32,000 nucleotides of DNA. Source: Candidatus Heimdallarchaeota archaeon. Its GTDB lineage: Archaea > Asgardarchaeota > Heimdallarchaeia > Heimdallarchaeales > Heimdallarchaeaceae. The stretch spans positions 1 to 32,000 of the forward strand of contig DAOVER010000029.1 in NCBI GenBank assembly GCA_030668875.1, given 5' to 3'. Both the position numbers and the translations under genes were made by a program. Positions 8,767-16,429 of the stretch are shown here, piece after piece; positions within the stretch are counted from its first letter, which is position 1, and every line of letters starts with the position of its first letter. Below the pieces are notes generated by a model. It did not search any database. It was not told the origin of the DNA and was given only the letters and a program-made list of their open reading frames with translations.

Positions 8767-10167
8767 ATGAAAAAGCTCTCAATTCGTTTCAGAGTAGGAT
8801 TTGATTTAATAATCGAAGCTGATGAAGAGATAACAGACTCTGCTTTACTCAAGTTAATGAAAGTAAATCCAAGAAAAAAGAATGAATACCGAGCTTCTCC
8901 TCACACATATAAAGACATTATTAGTATCCTTGAAGAAAAAAATGTATCGTTAAATACTGAAATCTTAAAAGATTCAGCTCTTACTCACGAATATATTAAT
9001 AGAATGAAACTTAAGCTAGATCTTAGACCTTATCAAGAACATGCAATTTCTGAATTTTTTGGAAACAAAGGTATGGGTGTTGTAATCTTACCAACAGCAG
9101 CAGGGAAAACAATCATAGGTTTTAAGATAATTGAAAAACTCAAACAGAAAACACTAATCATCGTTCCCACAAAAAACTTACTTTATCAATGGATTGATCA
9201 TTTGACCAAGTATACATCTTTATCAAAAAACATGATTGGTCAAGTAGGCGACAATATCAAAGATATTAAAGAAATTACCATTACTACATACGATAGCGCG
9301 AGATTAAATCTCAATTTATTCAGAAAAATATTCAATTTGGTTATTCTAGATGAAGCACATCATGCTGCAGCAAAAGAAACAATCAAAGTACTTGAAGGTC
9401 TTCCAGCTGAATACAGGTTAGGATTAACTGCTACTCCTGATAGATCTGACAAGGGAGAAGAGTTACTGTTCAAATATATTGGAAAACCTATTGTTGTGGC
9501 TAAGATTTCTGATTTAGCTGAAAATGGTTTTATTGCAAAACACCAGCTGAAAACAGTAAAAGTTCCATTAACTGAAGAAGAGAGGATTCAGTATGAAAAA
9601 AACATGGGAATATACCGGGAATATTTGAGGAAAAGAAAAATCCAGATACGTTCTCCGGAAGATTATGAACGTTATCTTATCTTTCGAGTCAATCAAGATG
9701 TTGAAGCAAAAGAAGCTTTAGATGCTCACAGAATGGCAAGAAAGATTGTTTATTCATCTCAATCTAAGTTAGACAAGATGGAGGAATTATTAGATAAGCA
9801 CTGCAAAGACAAAATGATCATATTTTCTGAATTCAATGATATGGTTTATTCTATTGGAAGGAAACACCTGATTCCTATTATTACGCATGAAACAAAGAGC
9901 TCCGAACGTGAGGAAATTCTGAATATGTTTAGTTTAGGAGAATACACTAAGATTGTAACTGGGAGAGTTCTTGATGAAGGATGGGATTGTGGTTCAGTTA
10001 ATGTTGGAATTATTGTAAGTGGGACTGGGCAAGCTAGACAGTTTATACAGAGATTAGGGAGAATTCTTAGACCAAAAGAAGGAGAGGCAATTCTCTATGA
10101 ATTAGTTACACCAGATACGATAGAAACAGGGACAGTAAAACGAAGGAAGAAGGCTGATGTGATATAA
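8767..10167 (+). CDS. xpb: XPB/Rad25-like SF2 DNA helicase
   Basis: LRPYQ, LPTAAGKT, LDEAHH, LGLTATP, LDEGWD, QFIQRLGRILRP. Translationally coupled to a DUF790 gene. ATG 8767 is preferred over 8746. Confidence 0.88.
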   Translation: MKKLSIRFRVGFDLIIEADEEITDSALLKLMKVNPRKKNEYRASPHTYKDIISILEEKNVSLNTEILKDSALTHEYINRMKLKLDLRPYQEHAISEFFGNKGMGVVILPTAAGKTIIGFKIIEKLKQKTLIIVPTKNLLYQWIDHLTKYTSLSKNMIGQVGDNIKDIKEITITTYDSARLNLNLFRKIFNLVILDEAHHAAAKETIKVLEGLPAEYRLGLTATPDRSDKGEELLFKYIGKPIVVAKISDLAENGFIAKHQLKTVKVPLTEEERIQYEKNMGIYREYLRKRKIQIRSPEDYERYLIFRVNQDVEAKEALDAHRMARKIVYSSQSKLDKMEELLDKHCKDKMIIFSEFNDMVYSIGRKHLIPIITHETKSSEREEILNMFSLGEYTKIVTGRVLDEGWDCGSVNVGIIVSGTGQARQFIQRLGRILRPKEGEAILYELVTPDTIETGTVKRRKKADVI

Positions 10168-11894
10168 TGAGACTTGCGTTATCTGATTTTGAGTTTGACA
10201 TACGTGGATCGGGATCTAATGCGGTATTTTTACCCTTTTATCTAAAATACGAGGATAATAACAGAGTTCAAACTTATATAAATCTCCTTGAAGATAATTT
10301 ACATAAAAAAAGGTCAGAAATACCCTTAAAATCACTAGAAGGTTTGTTTATCACTGAAAAAATATCTAAAGCTTTGTTAACCTCATTAAACAGATATTAC
10401 CAATTCCAAAGTCAAACTATTAACGAAATTGTAGGACTAGAGGTGAAAGTAGGAACAGAATCAAAGGAGGGGTCAGCAGACATAGCAAAGTTCCTGACAC
10501 AGGCAGGTGATATAAATAAAGAAATTAGCAAAATGTCTGCTGCTCAAATCAGGTCTGTTGTTTTTAAAATTGTAAATAGAAACAATAGAGGTTATGTTAA
10601 GTCATCTGAAAGAGAAGAAATAATTAAGCGAATTGAAAAGAACCTCAAAATCCCTAAAAACTCACTGGATAGACTCCTTTATCACGATGTTGATTCTGAA
10701 AGAAAACTGATTAAAAGGGAAGTTGCTGAAACTACTAAGGTCATTGGATGGTATAACTATGATGCTATAGAAACCACTTTGGCTTATGCATTAGATTTAC
10801 AAATTAAAACGCCCAAACTTCCAGGTTATATTGCAAAGAATGTTGTTTATGTTTCTAAGAAAAATTGTGTTTTTACAGAAATAGCTTTGGAGGGAGATGG
10901 ATATGTTTTAACTATAATTCCCCCGCTAGAGATGTTTAAAGAGAAAGGAGGATGGGGCAAAAATATCAGTAATGTTGCAATGTATATTATACGCAATTTG
11001 CTAAAGGAAAAAATTGAGTTTCAGCTTCAAGCAATTATTATGCCAAGAAAAAGAAAGGCAGTGTTCGCTTTAAATTCAGAAGGTCTACCAGTTCTTCCCA
11101 CATTCAGAACAGAAGATGATGAGACAATTAAACCTGAGATTGATTCAAAGATAGAGGATAGATTCTTAAAAACATGGAAAAATTATCAAGGATGGAAAGC
11201 TCAACCAGAGCCAGATGCACTTATCATCGGCAAGAAAATGTACATCCCAGATTTCTTACTCGAAAGAAGTGGAAAAAACATATACGTGGAAATTGTTGGG
11301 TTCTACACGTCAAAGTACATTCAAAAGAAGAAGAGTCAGATGAAAGAGCTATCTACACTAAATATGCCAATTCTGTATTTGGTGGATCAAAATATTTTGT
11401 CAAACTTCACAGATTTAAGAGATGTTATCTTGCTTCCTTATACGGGAACAATTGTTCCATCTAGTGAGATAGTGAAAATATTAGAGAGTGATTATTCAGA
11501 TTTTGAGGAAAGGCTTCCCCAATTTACAAAAATTATAGAAGAAATTGTTTCGGATCTAAATGAGAAAAAAAGCCTTGTTACCCTGCAACAATTAGAAGAG
11601 AAACTACAAGCTTATTCAGCTAAAGAAGTAATAAGAGTACTCGCAGAAGTTGAAATTAAACAACTTATTCAGAAGAATTCAATCGTATTTATTTCTAGTT
11701 TTGGATTAGCTTCAGAGAATATAATAACTGAAGTTGAAACTTATCTCAAAAAGGTAAAGAGAGTTCTGTTATCCACACTTAAAGAAGAATTCCCCAGCTA
11801 TAAAGAGGCCGCAATAGCTATCAGCCAGCATATTGGGTGTAGAATTCATTGGAAATCAATTGAAGTAGTGGAAATAATAGCACCTAGAAAATAG
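10167..11894 (+). CDS. bax1: DUF790/Bax1-family endonuclease (XPB partner)
   Basis: DSKIEDRF...W...PEP...YIPDFLLE...YVEIVGFYTSKYIQKK, a PD-(D/E)xK-type DUF790 motif. TAATG stop/start overlap with xpb. Confidence 0.82.
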   Translation: MRLALSDFEFDIRGSGSNAVFLPFYLKYEDNNRVQTYINLLEDNLHKKRSEIPLKSLEGLFITEKISKALLTSLNRYYQFQSQTINEIVGLEVKVGTESKEGSADIAKFLTQAGDINKEISKMSAAQIRSVVFKIVNRNNRGYVKSSEREEIIKRIEKNLKIPKNSLDRLLYHDVDSERKLIKREVAETTKVIGWYNYDAIETTLAYALDLQIKTPKLPGYIAKNVVYVSKKNCVFTEIALEGDGYVLTIIPPLEMFKEKGGWGKNISNVAMYIIRNLLKEKIEFQLQAIIMPRKRKAVFALNSEGLPVLPTFRTEDDETIKPEIDSKIEDRFLKTWKNYQGWKAQPEPDALIIGKKMYIPDFLLERSGKNIYVEIVGFYTSKYIQKKKSQMKELSTLNMPILYLVDQNILSNFTDLRDVILLPYTGTIVPSSEIVKILESDYSDFEERLPQFTKIIEEIVSDLNEKKSLVTLQQLEEKLQAYSAKEVIRVLAEVEIKQLIQKNSIVFISSFGLASENIITEVETYLKKVKRVLLSTLKEEFPSYKEAAIAISQHIGCRIHWKSIEVVEIIAPRK

Positions 11895-11976
11895 AAACAA
11901 AGAATCTTGTAACAAATCACTGTTTTTTCATTAAAAATGCGAAAAGTTCTTTTAATTTCAGTGCAAATAAATTATA

Positions 11977-12768
11977 ATGTCTGAAAAAATAGCGATAATT
12001 GGAGGGTCAGGAGTTTATGATTTAATCAAGAAAGCAAGCAAGGTATCTGTCAAAACTCCATATGGGAAAGTAGACACTATTAAGAAAACTATGTATAAGG
12101 AAAAAGTGATTTATTTTCTTCCTCGGCACGGACCAAAACACTCCGTTCCACCACATTTCATCAATTATAGAGCTAATATATATGCACTCTTCAGTTTAGG
12201 AGTGAAAAAAATCTTTTCTACTAATGCTGTAGGCTCCATTGATTTAAGCATTAAACCAGGAGATTTTGTTGTTCCTGACCAGATAATAGATATGACAAAG
12301 GTCAGACCATTGACATTTTTCGATGGAGCTACAAAAGTTAAGTTTGAAGATGGTTCCATCCGAAAAGGTGTTGTACATCTAGATTATACTGATCCCTACT
12401 GCACAAATCTTAGAAATATGTACATTAAAGCGGTTGAGGACATTGGAGAAATGGTTTACACAAAGGGAGTCTATGTTTGTTCTGAAGGACCTAGATTTGA
12501 AACACCAGCAGAAATCACCATGTATCAAAAAATGGGCGGAACCTTAGTAGGAATGACTACAATTCCTGAAGCAATCCTCGCAAGGGAGTTGAAGATGTGT
12601 TATTCAACTCTCTGTCTTATAACTAACTTTGGTGCAGGCATGCAAGAAAAAATAACTCACGAAGAAGTTGTTGAAATTTTTGAACAAAAGACAAATCAAG
12701 TTAAGGAGATAATGAAGAAAATAATTGCAGCAGAAATTTCTACTGTTAAATGTACTTGTATAAATTAG
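11977..12768 (+). CDS. MTAP/PNP-family nucleoside phosphorylase, probably 6-oxopurine/methylthioinosine-specific
   Basis: IIGGSG, PRHG, NYRANI, EGPRFETPAE, GMT, ITNFGAG. Confidence 0.88.
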   Translation: MSEKIAIIGGSGVYDLIKKASKVSVKTPYGKVDTIKKTMYKEKVIYFLPRHGPKHSVPPHFINYRANIYALFSLGVKKIFSTNAVGSIDLSIKPGDFVVPDQIIDMTKVRPLTFFDGATKVKFEDGSIRKGVVHLDYTDPYCTNLRNMYIKAVEDIGEMVYTKGVYVCSEGPRFETPAEITMYQKMGGTLVGMTTIPEAILARELKMCYSTLCLITNFGAGMQEKITHEEVVEIFEQKTNQVKEIMKKIIAAEISTVKCTCIN

Positions 12769-12877
12769 CAAAGCATTGAGATTGAATAATGAAGAAAAAT
12801 AGTTTTGCTGGAAATAAGTTAGAAGCTGCTCCTACCCTATCTGTTTGGTAAACGTTGATATTTTGATTTCTCACTTT

Positions 12878-12930
12878 TGCAACAAGCTTTATAAACCGAT
12901 GTTGATTTGTTGCACATATCTTATATAAAT
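12878..12930 (+). promoter_or_regulatory. tbp promoter region: TATA boxes and an 8-bp inverted repeat
   Basis: TTATATAAAT at 12921-12930 ends 22 bp before the ATG, consistent with a leaderless transcript. TGCAACAA (12878-85) and TTGTTGCA (12907-14) flank TTTATAAA (12888-95). Confidence 0.55.
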
Positions 12931-12952
12931 AACTTAGAGTTGGAATAACAAA

Positions 12953-13531
12953 ATGGCCCCTAAACTTGATTTTGGAATAGTTATACAAAATGTTGTTGCG
13001 AGCATCAATCTTTTTACAACCATTGATCTTGTTACTTCTTATCAAACTTTAATAGATGATGATGATCTTTTCGTCAGTTATAATCCTGAAACATTTCCAG
13101 GTCTCATCCTAAAGATTAAGAAACCAAAGATTTCCAGTCTTGTTTTCAGTTCTGGAAAACTGGTTTTAACTGGAGCTAAATCCACCCAAATGGTTCATGA
13201 AGGAGTTCAACAAATGATTAAAATACTCCGTACAGTTGGAACAAAAATTACTGAAGAACCAGAAATCATTGTTCAAAATATCGTTGCTTCTGGTCATTTC
13301 AACCACAGAACCATTAACTTAGAGTTAGCAGCTCTATGGCTTGAGCATTCCATGTATGAACCAGAACAATTCCCAGGTTTGATTTATAGATTGGCAGAAC
13401 CAAAAACAGTATTGTTACTGTTCCAATCTGGAAATCTTGTTTGTACAGGTGCAAAAACAGAGGTACAAGTCCGTCAAGCCGTTGAAAACACTTACAATAC
13501 ACTAGACGAAATCAATGCATTTGATTTCTAA
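12953..13531 (+). CDS. tbp: TATA-box binding protein
   Basis: Two direct repeats: IQNVVAS...YNPETFPGL...LVFSSGKLVLTGAK and VQNIVAS...YEPEQFPGL...LLFQSGNLVCTGAK. Confidence 0.98.
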   Translation: MAPKLDFGIVIQNVVASINLFTTIDLVTSYQTLIDDDDLFVSYNPETFPGLILKIKKPKISSLVFSSGKLVLTGAKSTQMVHEGVQQMIKILRTVGTKITEEPEIIVQNIVASGHFNHRTINLELAALWLEHSMYEPEQFPGLIYRLAEPKTVLLLFQSGNLVCTGAKTEVQVRQAVENTYNTLDEINAFDF

Positions 13532-13534
13532 TAA

Positions 13535-13553
13535 CTCTTTTTTCTTTCCCTTT
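13535..13553 (+). terminator. Pyrimidine/oligo-T terminator after tbp
   Basis: ctcttttttctttcccttt follows directly after the stop. Confidence 0.5.
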
Positions 13554-13703
13554 ATTCATACTATTTTCGAGAGAACTTGATTCATATCTTCAATTAAACC
13601 ATCGATGATTCCTCATTTCTTACTTTTTAAGATTTTCAGAAATATGATAAGTATAATAAATAAATGCGAGGGTATTTAAATTGGAAAAATAAATAATTAA
13701 TCA

Positions 13704-14732
13704 ATGACGGATAGAAAAAAGAAACAAGTTAATTTTTTGGACAAAGTACTTGGATCTGTAACAAAGGAGGGAGGAGGTGGAGTATTTATCGCATTTGGAG
13801 AAGAAGAATCGAAACGATTACGTTCAGAACAAAGAAAAACTTATGGAGATTCTGGATTAAAAATTGGCTCTATGCTCACATACAAAATTGATGACTATAT
13901 AGCAATAATTGAAGGAGAACTAAAGAATAATACACTTGAAGATGAAGAGAGATCTGCAAAAACAGAGACCCTATTATTTGCTACTAACATCAAAGTTTCC
14001 TTACAAAGCTTGAATATTTCAGACATTCAAATTCAAGAAGTTAACAATGAACTAAGATTATCATTTGATTCTTTAGTTCAGAACAAATATCCCTTCTTCT
14101 TACAGTTTTTTATCAGATATGAACGAGATGGAAGTATAGTTCTAGATGGTTTATTCAAGAAAATTCAACCCTTTAAAGTTTCAATAAGATCTTTTGGGGA
14201 TGAAGCTAAGAAAGAAAATCAAGACAGTTTTGAAAATCTTAATTCTCTATACATTATAAATTCTAATGATGATTTGCTTGTTAAATTTTTAAACCAGAAT
14301 CCAAGAATAACTCAGAAATTAATTGCTTTATCTTCAAATCTTGAGCTAATCATGATTAATCGGAAATACTTTGTTGTAACATTTTACGATGCTAATTCTG
14401 TTATCAAAGTTATTGATTTACTAGGAGAACTCTATAATGAGTTTGTGATACAAAAAACTGGTTTGAAATCTGTAACTTACATCAAATGTTTCAATTGTGG
14501 AGAGGAGCTTGATGAAAATGACGAGAAATGTCCTAACTGTAATGCTAATAGACCTAGATGTGCTGTCTGTCTGTTAGACTTACAACTTGCTGAAAAAGAA
14601 GAAGTTGTTCAAATGCCTTGTTGTGGAGTTTATGGACATAGGGAACACGTTCTGATGTGGGTTGAAAGAGCTCATACTTGTCCAAATTGTAAATCAAGAC
14701 AGATTGATTGGTTGGATGAGTTAAATCGTTAA
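13704..14732 (+). CDS. Zinc-ribbon plus RING-finger protein (candidate E3 ligase or scaffold)
   Basis: C-terminal CFNC-x10-CPNC-x6-CAVC...PCC-x4-HREH-x3-W-x6-CPNC. Confidence 0.85.
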   Translation: MTDRKKKQVNFLDKVLGSVTKEGGGGVFIAFGEEESKRLRSEQRKTYGDSGLKIGSMLTYKIDDYIAIIEGELKNNTLEDEERSAKTETLLFATNIKVSLQSLNISDIQIQEVNNELRLSFDSLVQNKYPFFLQFFIRYERDGSIVLDGLFKKIQPFKVSIRSFGDEAKKENQDSFENLNSLYIINSNDDLLVKFLNQNPRITQKLIALSSNLELIMINRKYFVVTFYDANSVIKVIDLLGELYNEFVIQKTGLKSVTYIKCFNCGEELDENDEKCPNCNANRPRCAVCLLDLQLAEKEEVVQMPCCGVYGHREHVLMWVERAHTCPNCKSRQIDWLDELNR

Positions 14733-14875
14733 GTTTAGCGCACCTAGTGAGAATCTGATAATAGATAATTGGGTTCAAGGGATGAAAATTATTGCTACTT
14801 CAATTCATACTTTCTAATTTTTTTAAAGTTGAGAGAGCAAATTCTTTTTTAGTAAGTTATATATAACATCACTTG

Positions 14876-16267
14876 ATGTGTGATACAGTTGTTGCTGTTG
14901 GTAAGTCTACCAAAGATGGTAGTGTTATTTTAGGTAAAAATTCAAATCGTGTTCCTAATGAGGTTCATAATGTTGAATATGTTGAAGGGAAAAAACATGG
15001 AGCTAATGCTAATGTCAAATGTACTTATATCACAATCCCCCAAGTAAAAGAAACATATGATGTTCTTCTACTGAAACCATTCTGGATATTTGGTTGTGAA
15101 ATGGGTAGTAATGAGTTTGGTGTAACTATCGGTAATGAAGCCGTTTGGAGCAAGGAACCCATACGCGATACAGGTTTGCTTGGTATGGATATGATGCGCT
15201 TAGCATTAGAGAGATCAAAAACTGCAAAAAAAGCCCTTGAAATAATAGCAGAGTTACTGGAGAAGTATGGTCAAGGTGGTCAATGTACTTATGGTGTTAA
15301 AGGTCGTGATTACCATAATTCTTTCATAATTGCTGATACAAAAGAAGCTTGGATTTTGGAAACAGCTGATAGATTTTGGATAGCTGAGAAAGTGAAAGGA
15401 ATACGTACAATTTCAAACACTCTTTCGATAGGTAGTGATTATGACTTAATTCATCCAGAGTTAATAGACCATGCAATCAAGAAAGGTTATTGTAAGAGTA
15501 AAGATGACTTCCATTTTGCTAATAATTTCATACCCAAATTCCGTATATATCATGCTATAAAAGAGTCTCAACCTAGATCGCAATATTTTGCAAAGGGCTC
15601 TGATCGACAACAATGTACTACAGCTCTTCTCTTAAGAAACAAGGGTAAGATAACTCCAGAAGACGTTATGGAAGTTCTTAGAAATCACAATCTCAAACCA
15701 GAAGAAGAAGCTACTTGGTCTGCATCAAAAGCTTCAGCTAAGAGTCCTTGTCAACACGCAACTGGTATGACAGTACCTAGTCAGTCAACTGGGTCTATCG
15801 TCTCTCACCTGAAAAAAGTCATCCAAGTTCACTGGGTAACCGGTACATCAGGCCCATGTACAAGCACCTTTAAACCTGTATTCTTACCTAAAGTAGGATT
15901 CAGTAAAAAACCTATCCTGGGAGATGAAAAGTACAATGAAAAAGCTCTCTGGTGGCAACATGAAAAACTTCACAGATTGGTTCTTTTAGACTATCAGAAA
16001 AGGTTAGGAACATACAAAGAAGATCGAGACAAATTTGAGAAAAAATATGTTAAAAAAGTAAACACAATTCTCAAAGGTTTATCAGGAAAACCAACAAAAG
16101 CTGATTTAACAAAAATGAAGAAGGTTACAACAGATTCGTTTAAGGAAAGTCAAAAGTTAACTGATGAATGGATTAATAATATAGTAGATCTTCCAATTGA
16201 AACAAGTACAGGTGTACTTTATCGAAGATTCTGGAATAAATATAACAAAGTTGATGGTTTAAAATAG
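14876..16267 (+). CDS. Peptidase C69/secernin-like Ntn-hydrolase dipeptidase
   Basis: MCDT N-terminus (Cys2 nucleophile; ATG 14876 rather than TTG 14873), GKNSNR, WIFGCEMGSNEFGVTIGNEAV, LLGMDMMRLALER, YHNSFIIAD. Confidence 0.9.
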   Translation: MCDTVVAVGKSTKDGSVILGKNSNRVPNEVHNVEYVEGKKHGANANVKCTYITIPQVKETYDVLLLKPFWIFGCEMGSNEFGVTIGNEAVWSKEPIRDTGLLGMDMMRLALERSKTAKKALEIIAELLEKYGQGGQCTYGVKGRDYHNSFIIADTKEAWILETADRFWIAEKVKGIRTISNTLSIGSDYDLIHPELIDHAIKKGYCKSKDDFHFANNFIPKFRIYHAIKESQPRSQYFAKGSDRQQCTTALLLRNKGKITPEDVMEVLRNHNLKPEEEATWSASKASAKSPCQHATGMTVPSQSTGSIVSHLKKVIQVHWVTGTSGPCTSTFKPVFLPKVGFSKKPILGDEKYNEKALWWQHEKLHRLVLLDYQKRLGTYKEDRDKFEKKYVKKVNTILKGLSGKPTKADLTKMKKVTTDSFKESQKLTDEWINNIVDLPIETSTGVLYRRFWNKYNKVDGLK

Positions 16268-16276
16268 GAGAAAGAG

Positions 16277-16353
16277 TGGCGTAAACTCAGAGGTGCCGTT
16301 ATTTACATTGCCAATTGGCTCAAACGGTAAAACCTTCATCATAATTCACGCCA
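16277..16353 (-). ncRNA. Box C/D kink-turn small RNA (candidate sRNA/snoRNA-like)
   Basis: Minus strand reads UGGCGUGAAU-U-AUGAUGA (box C, 16342-36)-AGGUUUUACCGU-UUGA (D'-like)-GCCAAUUGGC-A-AUGUAAA-UAACGGCACCU-CUGA (box D, 16290-87)-GUUUACGCCA. It has a 10-bp terminal stem with two G-U pairs and an exact 3-nt kink-turn bulge. Confidence 0.75.
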
Positions 16354-16370
16354 TTTAACAAATTACTATT

Positions 16371-16380
16371 GTATAAAATA
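16371..16380 (-). promoter_or_regulatory. TATA-like box for the C/D RNA
   Basis: Minus-strand TATTTTATAC; its centre is roughly 22-25 nt upstream of the 5' end of the terminal stem. Confidence 0.45.
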
Positions 16381-16429
16381 AGTTTATCTTTGCGATAAGT
16401 TTAATTTTTATGAATTCTGTATCATAGAT

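Noticed and set aside
12953-13531. Eukaryote-like asymmetry of TBP repeats (YNPE versus YEPE)
   Set aside because: YNPE in repeat 1 also occurs in ordinary archaeal TBPs, and both repeats retain FPGL.
16324-16335. D' spacer partly complementary to the recalled 16S 530-loop consensus GCGGUAAUACC
   Set aside because: The pairing has an internal U-U mismatch and the host rRNA is unavailable, so it is too weak to call a target.
16277-16353. Interpreting the kink-turn hairpin as a eukaryote-like SECIS element
   Set aside because: There is no minus-strand CDS upstream for it to serve, no apical AA at the 5' side of the loop, complete C and D boxes are present, and it has its own promoter-like TATA.
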